From the NCBI GenBank assembly GCA_964106645.2, contig OZ067042.1: a stretch of 64,000 nucleotides of DNA; one strand, written 5' to 3'. The number at the start of each line of letters is the position of its first letter. The first letter of the stretch is position 1. The stretch is from Podarcis pityusensis. Lineage: Eukaryota. The translations under genes were made by a program, and so were the position numbers. Below, one piece after another: positions 47,925 through 61,062 of this stretch. The notes under the pieces are model-generated. The model saw nothing but the letters and a program-made list of their open reading frames with translations, did not search any database and was not told where the DNA came from.

Positions 47925-50900
47925 TTATTGCATATTATACTTTTTTCAGGTGTGCTGGTGGTATGCTTTTGACCTGATGCCTAGATAGGAAACATGTAGT
48001 AATCCAGGCCTAATGTGACTCTGGCCAAATGTACAAATATTGTACTGGAATCTAAAGTGTTTGGCTTACAGAAGAAGTTAGGGTCTAAGTAGGATAGAGT
48101 GAAAGGCCATAGTGGAGAAGTACAACTGGGGAAGTAAGGTTAACTTTTTGTCCTTGCACTGCTTTCCTGAGCAGACTATCACCTCCCCAATTGCTGTTGG
48201 CCTGTTTTGCATGAAAGCCAGGCACGATACAGGCATATGTTCTTTTCTTCACTTGGGCTAATAGCTGCTCAAAAAGTTAGGACACCTTCTGAGTATTTCT
48301 ACCCTAATCAGCTTTTTACTGCCACCACCCTTGTTGGCTGCATTGTATGCTCTCCCATATCTCATATAGTGACCCCAGAGTAATCACTCCTTTCACAGTA
48401 TGAAAGAAGTCACTCAGAGGATGTCTCGTTGCTCAGTTTCAGTCATTGAACACTGTGGCTCCTTGAGCAGTAGGATAGATGTGCTCATGGAAAGCATCCC
48501 AAAGCACAACTCTCCTTCAGTGTGTAGAGTGACTCTGCCTTCAGCAGAGTGGCAACAGTTATGTATTATCTTAAATTATAAAACGCATTGAAAGACCTAA
48601 TCTGTAGTAGTCTTTTCAATAGTGTTAATCCTTCTCTTGCCGGCAGCTGCCAAATAAGAGAGCTATGCATGTGCTCTCTGCTACCATCAGGCTACTTGTG
48701 AGGAGACTGTCCCAGCATACAGCATACACTGACACAAATGTCACTGTCATATTATTATGCATTGAAATTTTGGGTATCTGGTATTCTAAGGTATTGAATG
48801 CAGACTCAAGAACAGCGGCACTAGAACTAGCTGCTTGTAATTCATTAAAATGCAGGCCAGTCTCTTCCAATACATTTTGATGCGAAAATCCAGTAGGTGT
48901 TTAAAAGAAGATTCAAGAAACTAGAGCTGTGGTTTGTTGGACATGAAAAAAGATTGAGGTGTGACCCTGTGAGAATAAGGTTATTTGGCTTTTAAAGGTT
49001 ATAAGGGCTGCTGGTAGTTGTTGTTGTTGCTAGGTAGTAGATACTCACCAGGAAACTTTGGTCTAAACCTCAGACTGATATGCAAACTCTAGCTGTGTCC
49101 TCCTAAATAATGCATATAAGTGAAGTCTACCAGTGACAAGTCTGGTAATGAAATGTATAAAATGTCTAGACACTACACAGCGAAAAGATAGTTCAGCTAT
49201 GAAAGCATCCCAAAGGGACATGTTAACTTTACAGTTGTTTGTACAACTTGAGATACCAGCATGACTATAAAATTGGGTGAACTTTCCTGACATCTGACAT
49301 GCCAGTGAGTAATCTAATGCCTCCAAGTTTTCCTTCTAGATTTGTAGACTGCCACAAAGGGCCTGACTGCGCATTTCTTACACACTCAAAATATCTAGTG
49401 CCATTTTTAAAGGCTATGAATGGAGGATTGTAGCTCATATTTTTTAGTCATAAACCTCAACTGCCTCCCTCCAACTCTCTCTGCAACATAACTCACTTCC
49501 TCTGGTGTGGCTGGTACAGTGCCTCAGCTATTTATTTTTCTAAGGAAAAACACGGCCCAATGCCCCTCTGGTAAAACTGAAAATATTCAAGCAGGGACAC
49601 TAGGGAGCCATGTTTTAATGCCGTAAGGTCATGTTTTGCTGTAATTTAACTTATGACAGAATAATATATATTTTGTCCAGAATGAAGCAACTGCAGTATG
49701 ATATATTCGCTTAGTTCTGAAGTACAAAGGGAATATATGGAATTGTTCATGTGTGTACAATGGCTAAACTCTTAATGAGTTGCATTATTAATGAGTTACA
49801 ATAATGACACATTCATGACACATAGCTTGACATGGATGACTCCATTTCTAGGGAAGCACACCTTGCCTGCTGTACCAGGCTTGAAGGTTAAGAACCTAAA
49901 AGCATTTTCTTGGCATTCATTGATTTCTAAATTTGCCGAGTCATTTCTACCAGTAACCCTGGCGAACTATGATTAGACATACATAATAATGAGGATGGTT
50001 TAATTTGCTGTGTTATAACAAGATGGGACTTGACAGTCCCTCCTTCCACCAGCAAAAGTAGCATTTTTTTTAAAAAAAAAGAAAGATCTAGTTGAGCACA
50101 GTTTGATAAATTGCTGCAATTACCAGAATAATGTGATAATTAGTTTGTAAAAATACCTGTATAGAGAAGAACAGTATCTTGTGCCACTGACAAATTAATG
50201 AAAACAGGTAGAAAATGCATCTCCTTCAAAGGCCTGCAGGTAGACCCCAACATTCATTAAATTTAATGGCTCACCCTTACATGGAGGGTTCATAAGCAAG
50301 GGCTACAAAAACTGCACTCAAAGCATAGATTTCAGTGTAAAATTCAGCATCCAAGATAGTTCTTATAGATGTCAAAATAGAAATGCATGTGTGTCGCCAA
50401 TGTCTACTGAAGCTTCATAAGTCAGGGAGTGATCTTATTACAGCTCCTTTGAGTAGTATCATTATTAATGTATATACTGCTTCTAAACAGTTTACAAGTA
50501 TAAATTCAATCATAAAAATATGTGTACTGTACATAATTAAAATGAAGAAATAAACAATTCCATCAAAACAGAAAAAGCATCCGTAATTATATTATATAGT
50601 AAATCAAGCCCATTACAACATACAGTATAACAGTTAAAACAGTTAAAAGAACAATTTAAACATTTAGATCGAGGAGTCCATATTCAGGGGAATGCTTGCT
50701 AAACAGGAGGAATGGGGCCTGAAGCAATGAAGTCGTTTCACTAAATTGGTGCCACCAGTGAAATAGCCTGCCTTGTTACCACAATCTGATAACCATCCGT
50801 TCATGGCAAAACACTGGGTAATACACTGAATGGATGGAAGTAGCAGGGATTTAGAAATGGTTCATTGGTTAAGAGGAAGCCAATGCAGATTCCTTAGCAC

Positions 50901-51198
50901 TGGCATGATATGTGTTTGACATGAAGCACTATATACCACCCAAGCCACACCATCTGTAGCCTCCGAGCCAACCAAAGCTGAGTAGCTGAAACAGAATTAA
51001 TTATGCAACATAAACAAATCCGGTCGGATTATTTTGATTTCCTTGGCGTAATATTTGGTTTACTTTGCCATACAGTTTCATTGGGTTTAGTGCTGAAATA
51101 AAACGTCCGGGATTCGATGAGGCTTTGCTCCCACCAGTGGGAATATTTTGCAAGTGGGGTTCTCCCCAGGGGAAGATTCTGCCACTGGAGGCACTGGC

Positions 51199-51455
51199 GA
51201 GAGCCAGTGTAGTGTAGTGGTTAAGAGCGGTAGTCTCGTAATCTGGGGAACCGGGTTCACGTCTCCGCTCCTCCACATGCAGCTGCTGGGTGACTGTGGG
51301 CCAGTCACATTTCTTTGAAGTCTCTCAGCCCCACTCACCTCACAGAGTGTTTGTTGTGGGGGAGGAAGGGAAAGGAGAATGTTAGCCGCTTTGAGACTCC
51401 TTAAAGGGAGTGAAAGGCGGGATATCAAATCCAAACTCTTCTTCTTCTTCTTCTT
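51199..51455 (+). mobile_element. Squam3-type tRNA-derived SINE, full length
   Basis: gagagccagtgtagtgtagtggttaagagcgg head, CORE-like middle, (CTT)n tail. Confidence 0.92.
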
Positions 51456-53871
51456 TCCCCAATATCACTCCCAACACTGTCCTGAAGGCTTTGGGGTCTG
51501 CCTGAAACCATGTGGGATATGACACTGTAATCACAGGGGAAGGGGAAGCTCCACAAAAGTTGCTTCTACTCCTCCATCAGTGGGATACCTCTGCTGGATT
51601 AAAAGTATTCTGTGGATGAAAATGAGTGTTTCAATTTGCAGCAGGCAAAGTCTGGCTCAACCCATATTTGGATAGTGGTTTCATGCTTCTAGGGCTGACC
51701 CACTGCTGCACTGCTACTGCTTCTCTACGCTCTTACCTCTGTCAACTGGTGCCTTGCTCTTTGTCACTGACATATTTTCTGCATAAGGGGGTCCTCCCAC
51801 TGCAGAAGGTGCCATTGGTTTTTGCTAGGGCTTGGCTGGCTGCACATGTATTGGGTGGGTGCTTTGGATATTCTAGTGCACTGGTATTCGAGGACATGTC
51901 AAAGCAATATGATTTCTGGTACTGTCTGCAAGAGAGATAGATGAACCTGTATTATTTCAATAAACATGTTTATCACCAGGTTCTACCCTTCTGAAACATT
52001 ACACTGCTCTAGAATAATCTGTTGAGGCTCATGGTTCCACTTACATGGCATCTACTGCAGAAACAGGACCCAAACTCCGTGTTTGAACACTATTTCCCCC
52101 ATGCTAGAAGGCATATTACTGAATTCTTCACTAATTTTGGACTTCATTATATTTAATAAGGAATGGTATGTTTATTTTAAACCGTAGCCTTATATGAGAA
52201 AATACAAACACTTTATCCAGCAGTTTGTTTTGTGGTCCATTGTGGCTGATAATTAAATACTGGAAATATGATTATTTGGTTTTGTTGTTTTAATTATTTC
52301 ATTTATAAGTTTTTCTTTAAGAATTATTCTCAGTTAAAACTAGGTTAGCCCAACTTGTGAGCCTTCAAGCAAATGGCAGCCTGCTAGGCATAGGGCTTGA
52401 TAAACCACTTGTTTCTGCTGTTTGATAGGGGGAGGTATCACTCAGCTGTAAGCAATACATGACTGGTAGTATTTGGTTTTGTGGTTACAAGTTGTAAAGG
52501 CAGGTTAGAGGCTTTAGTGAAACGCTGGTAATGGTTCTGATTTCTGATCATGGAAATTAGAAAACATTCATTTGATACGCTGACTTGATTTTATGGTGAA
52601 TGAAATAGCACTAACTGAAGTATGATCCTTCTAGAAAAAGGAGAAAGTAATTTTTCATTGTTTCACTTCAATTAGAAGAGTCTCAAATCATTCTATATTC
52701 AGTCACAAAACACTGCAATTATGCACATTTATTTTCTTATACAAACAGCTTCACCTCTGTCTAAATCACAAGCAAGAAAAATGAATACAGCTGATGACTA
52801 ACATCTTTTAAAACTCTGCCTTATTCAAATATTTTCAGCCCAAATGCCTTGTGAGTCAACAGTTTAAAAGATCTTGGGATGAAAAGCAATTTGCCTAATT
52901 GACAGATGTCGGTCTGGCTAATTCACCACTCTTGATTACATCCCTCTTTGAAAGCTAAGTACCAACCACAACTTATTCTCTAGCATTTTATATAGGATTT
53001 TTACTAACATCTCTGCTCTATCATACAGATATGCATGTTTGCAGTACTGCCATTCAGAATAGTTTCAACCTTAACTCCAGCAACATGTAGCATGTGGAGA
53101 TGCTCTCTGTGCTATTTCTTGATTGATTATAAACACTTTCCACAATGGAGGAAGAGTGCGAGGGGCAGCTCCCTCCTCCCAACTCAGGCAGCACAGTCTC
53201 TTGAGCTGCCCCTTATGGTACTCCATTCTGCTCCCCTTTCCATTTGTTTTTTATGTCCCATTCTTTGCCTTACCCCACCTGTGGCAACAGTCGGATAAAG
53301 TTTTGTGGCCAGTGAGCACACTCAGTCCTCCCTGGATTCTTTTTGGAATCTCCGCCACCCCTCCATTTATGAATGGACTTTCTTTACTGATTCTTGGAAA
53401 ACTGCTTGAGGCAACTCTTTCTTTCCTTCTTTCCAACTCACCTAAACCGATTAAAATATAACCATCCCACCAGGATGGATGTGGGCATGAATCCAGTAAT
53501 AATCTAGACTAGATAATTCTTCCCCATAGTACAAGTGCCACCCCTGCATTTAGTTTTCCCTCTAAATATATGTTGTAGTTCTGCAACCATGACTTTCTCC
53601 CAAGCCTGTTGATACCTCCCTCTTACATGTGGAGGATGTCGTTTTAGCCACAAACACTCCACACTTGAAGACTTGAGACTGCTATTTAGATAGAAAGATC
53701 GATGTATCTGTGGAAAGGAAGTATCGTATTTTTCGCACCATTGGATGCACTTTTTTACTCTTAAAAAGTAAGGGGAAATGTCTGTGCATCCTATGGAGCG
53801 AATGTGTGGTCCCTGGAGCCAAATTGCCGGAGTGCGGCACACTCTTGGACTGGTCTTTGGTAGTGGTGGTG

Positions 53872-54400
53872 GAGCCGTGCTCCCCTGCCGGCAGCCTCAG
53901 CTTCCCTCTGCAGCCCCGGGAAGCTTTGGAGGAACGGGAGGGCTGTGCGCCCATGCCCCACACTCCTGGGCTGCTGAATAGGGCCGGGGGGGGGAGAGCC
54001 GCGCTCCCCTGCCGGCAGCCTCGGCTTCCCTCTGCAGCCCCGGGAAGCTTTGGAGGAATGGGAGGGCTGTGCGCCCATGCCGCGCACTCCTGGCCTGCTG
54101 AATGGGGTCTGGGGGGAGAGCCGCGCTCCCCTGCTGGCAGTCTCGGCTTCCCTCTGCAGCCCCGGGAAGCTTTGGAGAAACAGGAAGGCTGTGCGCCCAT
54201 GCCCCACGCTCCTGGGCTGCTGAATGGCGGTGGGGGGTGCTGCTCTGCCAACAGCCTGCCCTTCCCCTCAAGGTTTGGAGCAGTGGGCAGGCTGTGCGCC
54301 CATGCCCCACACTCCTGGGCTGCTGAATGGGGGTGGGGGGTGCTGCTCTGCCAGCAGCCTGCCCTTCCCCTCAAGGTTTGGAGCAGCTGGCAGGCTGTTC
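53872..54400. repeat. GC-rich minisatellite inside the pogo-type element
   Basis: Units of 124, 122 and 120 bp start at 53872, 53996 and 54118. A 103-bp variant starts at 54238 and a partial copy at 54341. Confidence 0.92.
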
Positions 54401-54765
54401 ACTGAGAGTAGGGAGGAAGAGGATGGAGAGGAGGGGGACCAAGAAGCTGGGTGAAGGGAGATGAGGTACCATAGGTTGCCGTGAGTGGAGAGTCATGGTA
54501 AAGGGCAAAGGAGAGGGAGCAGTGAAGGGGAGAAATTGTAGACGTCACCTGAGGAGTTTGGGTGAAAGGGATGGAGAGGAGGAGGCTGGAAAAGGGGACT
54601 GTTCTGCTTGGGGGGGGAGAAAAAAGTGGGGAAAAGGAAAGCCTCCCAAGCCTGCCGCTGAGAAGCTCTGCTTGGCTGTTTCTTGACTGTAATTCAAGTA
54701 AAGGGAATGTTTGTGAGCAGCTGGCAGGCTGTTCGCTGAGAGAGGGGAGGAAGAGGATTGAGAGG

Positions 54766-54918
54766 AAAAAATGTGGCATTAGCAATGCTTTGGATGGATA
54801 CGAAGATGGTATTTTACATGAAGATAGCGAAGAAAGTGATGTCAGTGACTGTGAGCAACTGAGCTTCATAAATTCTGACTTTAGCAGTGATGAGTTCTTG
54901 GGGTTCACAGAAGACTAG
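54766..54918 (+). pseudogene. pogo-family (DDE_1) transposase C-terminal remnant
   Basis: KKCGISNALDGYED, an acidic tail and a terminal DEFLGF match the KKCGISNALDGSEDD...DFEGF end of pogo/POGK-like transposases. Confidence 0.8.
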
Positions 54919-56999
54919 AAGAGTACTCAAACCTTAAAGTCTCTCTTCATTTGTTAATGACAGTGATGATGGTTCTTAATGCCATTGTTGACTGCTGTTC
55001 ACTTTACATGGCTGTAATGTGATTCTGATATACCGGTTGTTTATTAAATACAGTAGTTTATACAACATTTGATTCAGAATATTTTTTCCTTGTTTTCCTC
55101 CTCTAAAAACTAGATGCGCCCTATGGTCGGGTGCGTCCAATGGAGCGAAAAATACGGTAGGTTTATGGCAATGTAGCTGGCTTCCTGATGACCAAAAGGA
55201 ACAAGTTGACTGAATTGTATTTTGCCGTCCCACTAAGGAGCACAAGGTGGCATATATAGAGGGGCTTTTCCCTATTGCTTTACCTGTTCCCTGTTGTACC
55301 ATTTCTCTGCTCTCTTTCTTGGCCACATAGTGACTTACTGAGCAGCACTACCCCATGTTCCTGCCCCAAATGAGAAGAAGTTCCAGACCAGGGTAATGAT
55401 TCTGATGAGACCCTGTGCTTATAGTCAGCAGATTGTCACTTGGCAACAACATGGAAGCAGGTCTTCAGGACGATAGCACCCACCTTGAATGCCAACCCTT
55501 GAGGAATCTGTACCCAAGCTTTCAAGGACTCTTACTCTTAATTGTTAATGTTTTATCTTCTACACTCTGCTCAGTTTTATTTACAAAATATCAGTTGATT
55601 AATTTACGTTACATATGTAAAAAAAACACCACAAAACCCACAAACATACAGTTCTACTTTGTTTTTATCTGGTTTTAGGGAATTTTATTGAATACAGTTG
55701 TATTTTTACTGTTTTTATGTAAGCCTCTTAGAGATTTCTATATTATAGCAAGCAGTATAATTTCCAGTAAATAAATAACATACAAGGGCCGATAGACCCA
55801 GGAGAATTCAGGAAGCAAGGCAAATAACAAAAGAGTAAGAAAAAAGTTCAAATCATATATGTATCATATATGTAAGTTCAAATCATATATGTATTGCAAC
55901 ACTAATAATAAATAAATAAATAAATAAGGGGGGGAAGTTCAGAGCACAGCCAAGGGGAGTGATTAATAACACCAGCCGGTCGGCAGTCTCTTCCTGCTTC
56001 TTTTTTTAATAAGGTTTATTGCAATTGAAGAATACAGGGCTAGACAAGTGTCCTCAGGCGAATTGCTATAGCAAAGCTGAGCAAGGCTTAGGAGCCATTT
56101 CTGATAACTTTTGAAAGTGAAGTGTCTGGGTGCATTTCACTGCAGTCCCTTTAAGGGCTAGAGTCTTGTTCCGGAGCAATATGAAAATTAAATTCCATGG
56201 TATGTTTGACTGATTAAGCGTTCAAGATCTGGATTAAAATAATGAAATTTATCAGTTTTTCTCGTTCTATCCCTTTCCCCCAAGAATAGCATTTTGGGGG
56301 TTTGTTTCTTCAGGAACGATCACCATAGGTCATTTTAATTGGGTGAGTCTGTTGAATCATTAAGTGCTTTTTGAGACATAATCAAGTTGATGTAATTAAA
56401 AGAAGGGGTTTTTGGTGAGAAAATATTAATGCAGTTGCTTCTTAGATAGCCCTTTGGTATGCAGGGACAAAATATTATTTCTATCAAATCTATGCTAATA
56501 TATCTATCTACTTGTGTCAAAATTTTGCAAAGGTTAATTAGATGTAGCAATTGAAACTTGAAATCCTCTGATGAATAGTCTGTGATTTTGTGACATTAGC
56601 TTTAAAGCAATCACCCAAAGTTTTGGGAATAAATATTAATTATGGGCTTTATGCATAAGCAGGTGAGGGATTACCTTTGCAGTAGCATTGGGCCGGTAAA
56701 TGCAAACACTCAAAGAAGAGACAAATTTAAGCTTATGGTGACAACAAGTAAAATTAGTTATAAAAGGCATAATATACCTTGCATGGTCTCTAGAAAGGAA
56801 TGCCAAGATGTAAACTTGGAAGTCCAGGATTTAATTTCCACCTGTGAACTTCTTAAGAGCTGAACTATTCTTTCAGGTGAACTTATTATCTGTTAAAACT
56901 TCAGATCAAACGTTTATATTTTTAGATAAGCAACTGATACTGATACATGTTCCTTGACATGTCAGTGACAAGTGTCTAGATCACATAAGAATATAAGAA

Positions 57000-57275
57000 T
57001 TTCTGTTTCTCTCTGCTTCTTGTTTTTTAAAATCTTTTAAAATCTTAAGTTGTTAGCCACATCTTCATGTCAGTTTGCATTTTCTAAAAAATATAGAGAG
57101 AGTCCTCTTGAAAATGCATTGGCATTTTAGTGGACATTTCTCCTAATATACACAATTTTCTGTGCAATGTTATGTAATATACACACTTTTGCAAGCATTC
57201 CCCCCAATACAATGCATATTACAATGTATATTATTTTCATGAATGCATGCATTTTTATGCGTACTTTCTCTCCCC
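57000..57275. mobile_element. AT-rich non-autonomous DNA-element fragment
   Basis: aatcttaagtt..ccacat..taatatacacaatttt subrepeats. A related piece lies at ~38360-38480. Confidence 0.45.
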
Positions 57276-57630
57276 ATGCCTAGATTTGGTCCTGAGTGAT
57301 CTTAACTAAATAATTGTGTCGTGATTTTGTGTTGTCTTATGCAGAAGTAAAAAGAAAGTAAATTGGTGGGACAAATCTTTTAAAAACTTGGCAGTGTTTT
57401 CCATATTTATTAATAATAATAATAATAATAATAATACAACCTAGCTAGCATGTTTCTGCCACAATACTTAAATTATCTGGAGACTTGTTACCATTTGATT
57501 TTAATCTTTCTGGAACTATGACTGTCAAATTAGACCTGAAACAGGAACACTGTAGGGTAATTCAGTGAAATGCTTAAATGTGTACTTAAGAATTAACACC
57601 TGAATGAAATACAGAAAGTGTTACGGTATA

Positions 57631-57917
57631 TTGTTGTTTAGTTGTCTTCGTCGTGTTCGACTCTCTGTGACCCCATGAACCATAGCATGTCTTGGAAACT
57701 CTCACTTTCTTCTTAAAGCTTCTCCTTTTTTATGTCCATGGAGTTTTCTTGGCAAAATACTGAAGTGGTTTACCAGTTCCTTCTCCAGGTGGATCACATT
57801 TAGTCTAAACTCTCGGCTATGACCTGTCCATCTTGGGTGGCCCTGCACGGCAGAGCTCATAGCTTCTCTGAGTTATTCAAGCCCCTTCACCATGACAAGG
57901 CAGTGATCCATGAAGGG
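57631..57917 (-). mobile_element. Bipartite Bov-B derivative (5' end joined to 3' end; Bov-A-like)
   Basis: 57631-57690 matches the Bov-B 3' end at ~20721-20778. 57734-57917 resembles the Bov-B 5' UTR. TSD gttacggtata/gttatggtata. Confidence 0.8.
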
Positions 57918-59767
57918 GTTATGGTATATACCATCAACTTTTTTGTTGGTAAGGTCTTGAATGCTCACCAGCCTGCTGAAGCAAATGCTTAGCAATGTTA
58001 CAGTGAATTAAGGTGTGATTGGCTTTTGATGAGACATGTACCAGCTGCATCTAATAGTGCATTAATTTTAGGAACAGGGCATCCACTACTTCGTCAGCAT
58101 AGGAATTTAGTGGCATCAGTAGTCCATGTGTGAAAATTTACAGTTTTGTTTTTTGCTAGTGGTGCTCATTATAAGTTTCTGAGCACGTGCAGCATCTCCA
58201 CACTTGAACTGGGCAAAGCAGATCCACTGTCATCCATCAGTTTCCCGTTATTGTCACCAAGTGTGATCTGGCTCTGCAAACGTTATTAGTCTGATAGTTT
58301 TTCAAAATCCCAATTAAAATGTATCTATTGTATCTACAACTTGTATCTACAACAAATGTAGACTATTGTATCTACAACTTCTTTCATAAAGATTTTGGCA
58401 TACTTCTTAAATATTATAAGCACTGTTGCTTGTATTCAGCTGCATGTTTTGTTCAAATTTTCACTCCTGCAGCCATCAATTATTGCCAGACAGGCAACCC
58501 CCTTTTTTAACTCCCAGGGTTAAACAGAATAGATAGCTTATCTAAACAGAAAGAGTAAAAAAATAAATAGTTGGAATGATTTTCAGAATTTTATTTCAGC
58601 TCTGCCTAGTGCAAGTTGCTTAGTGACCATCCTCGATCAAATGATCCTTCTGTAATACAGACAGTTTTCAATGAATCTCTGCAACTTTTGAGCTTCTTTT
58701 TGCAAGGCACATTTTGGGCTCATTACAGATTTCAGGGAGCCTAGACTCTGGAAATGTCAGGAGCTGCGAGCTGTTTTTCATCTAATGATCATAGGTTCTA
58801 TGCTTGGTTTATAAAGAGGTTGCAAAAGAGGTCATTTTGCTGCCCCTTTGAGAAATGCATATTGTCAATATATTCTTTAAAGCCTCTTCCAGTAAATTTG
58901 AAAGGGAAGGAAATATAATGTCAATCTGAAAAAGGGGTCGAGTTCAGAACTGTGTGTAGGTTTTAGGCAGCAGTCTTTGAACTGGAGATGAAACCTGCTG
59001 TGAAGCAGAGCCCCAAAGGACTGTTTAGCACCTTTGTTGGGCGACTTTGGTTAGCAACTTGACAGACAACTGACTGAAGTTGGTTTATCCTGTTTGCTAT
59101 TCCCAGCAATGCTGTGTTTGCCCTGGGGCCATAAAGGCACCTGATGAGGAGTGAGATTGTTTGGGTACCTTTCTGACTCTTTACTATGATAATAGGACTG
59201 TGAAGTATGAAAGTTTTCATTATTCCCCCTCCCCGCCCCCCGAACTAGAGTTGGTAATGCTGCTTAAGTCAGCCAATTAAATTGTTGGCAAATGCTAGCG
59301 GTTTGGAATAATTAATAACATCTGGCTCAATGTCACACTAATGCCCATCACATTTCCTCCATCACAATAAGTCACACTTTTTGTTTACCACAAACACAAC
59401 AATTGTGTCTGCCTTGCTCCTCCATGCTAGCATGCAGGAGAACCAAACCACAATCTCTAGTGTTATGTCCAACCTGGGGGTCATAGCTTATCTCACTCCA
59501 GGCAAACTGTGATTAGGAGATAAACCTTGGCTACACATATTGGTTTGTTAGAAAAGAAACAAGCTCAATCCCTGGTTCAGATATAAAGTCCCCTCTTCAA
59601 GGCATTAGGAGAAGCAAGTCATGCAGTACCAACGTACCAGAAGTACTTCTCCCCACATTTTATTAATCACATACTTGGTATGAATAAGCTTCACCAGCTG
59701 ACATTCTGTCTGTGAGACGTCTTATAAATTGTGTGTGGTTCCTGGTTTACTTTTAGAACGTATATTT

Positions 59768-59933
59768 CAGTGTAGAAGTTTGTAACATTCTGAATACTGA
59801 ATTCTGATTTTTCTTCTTCAAATCAACTTTTTATGAACTTGAGCTGAACTAACTCATTTTGTAAAAGGGTGAACTGGAAATAGTTCCTTTTTAGACAGAG
59901 TGAACTAGAGCTAGTTCAGTTTTCCAAACACTG
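59768..59933. mobile_element. Old DNA element rich in TGAACT/AGTTC motifs
   Basis: Ends cagtgt.. / ..ccaaacactg. Related sequence flanks the L2 at ~39040-39083 and ~40811-40930. Confidence 0.45.
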
Positions 59934-60641
59934 CCAGGATTCCTACTCTTTCCTGCTATAATCTAATGTCTCAAAGTTGGTATCTCTTAATGGGTAACAG
60001 ATTTCCCCAGGAAGAAAGGTAGAATTAGCAACCTAACCATGGATATGAGCTGAGATGAATTACGGTAATCACACAGGAAAGACAGCTGGTGCCAATATTT
60101 CCTAATAAACTTGCAAAGAGTGAGATAAATATTTCAAGCAACATCTTTACAGTGTTTACAGAGTACAGTAATAACAATTTGTTTTTGCAAGCAGTTGAAA
60201 CAGTCACAGAAATACTTAACTTCCTTTTTTAATCATCTAATGAAAAACTTGATCCATAATGCTCTGATGACTTGCTGATCATTTTGACCTTATCAGCCAA
60301 ATTAAATCATTTGTTTCCCGACAATGAAAGGATTTCCTGTAAGGCTTTTGTGATACATTAAGTGGCACTTATGGTACATTTTATTTTTTACGAATTTTGT
60401 TTTGCTTTTAATCAGTTCTCTACGAAAAAGCACTTGAATTAATTCTGAATTACACACCAAATTTAGGGATGATTCATTGATATACATGTGTCAATAAACA
60501 TGGCATGCAAAGAACCTTGTTGTAGTTAAGAATAAAATCACATCAATATTACTTTTAACTAATTTTTAGCTTTTCCTGTATTTTCTTGTACAATACTTAG
60601 AGACATTTATTTTTATTTATTGCATTTGTAGATAAGCGGTA

Positions 60642-60876
60642 AAGTGGTACCTTGGGTTAAGTACTTAATTCTTTCTGGAGGTCTGTTCTTAACCTGAAAC
60701 TGTTCTTAAGCTGAGGTACCACTTTAGCCAATGGGGCCTCCTGCTGCCGCCACGCCGCCAGAGCACGATTTCATCCTGAAGCAAAGTTCTTAACCTGAAA
60801 CACTATTTCTGGGTTAGCGGAGTCTGTAACCTGAAGCGTATGTAACCTGAAGCGTATGTAACCCGAGGTACCACTG
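60642..60876. mobile_element. Tigger/pogo-like MITE
   Basis: TA|aagtggtaccttgggtta...taacccgaggtaccactg|TA. Confidence 0.9.
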
Positions 60877-60878
60877 TA

Positions 60879-61062
60879 CAGGCAATGATCATTTCACGCG
60901 GGGGGTTCCATTTCTGGCCCCCGCACATGTCAGTGGAGCGCGTATAGGTGCCCCCCATTATGTCTTGCCCCGCTCCTGTTCTGCCCTCTTCTGTGTCCAA
61001 AAGGACCCACACATTGGTGATCAGACGTCAGTTAGAAACGCCTAAAATGGTTGTTGCTTCTA
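60879..61062. mobile_element. Older TA-flanked MITE
   Basis: Decayed inverted ends caggcaatgatcattt / aaatggttgttgcttcta, with TA on both sides. Confidence 0.45.

Larger units (their letters stand above)
53724..55157 (+). mobile_element. Non-autonomous pogo/Tc2-type DNA transposon (~1.43 kb)
   Basis: TA flanks, TIR (t/c)cgtatttttcgc(a/t)ccattgga(t/c)gcac at both ends, internal transposase tail on the + strand. Confidence 0.9.

Noticed and set aside
53682-54405. Longest ORFs in the window (230 and 231 aa, plus overlapping frames)
   Set aside because: They are open on both strands only because they span a GC-rich, stop-poor minisatellite. The peptides are repetitive with no recognisable domain.
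55844-55894. Short local duplications (also 16853-16875, 41889-41920, 44058-44094 and 58320-58380)
   Set aside because: Ordinary slippage or repair duplications with no further structure.
60135-60300. Minus-strand LKKEVKYFCDCFNCLQK resembling an integrase H2C2 zinc finger
   Set aside because: Short, interrupted by stops, with no downstream DDE core or LTR context. Probably chance; an HMM search for the integrase zinc-binding domain would settle it.
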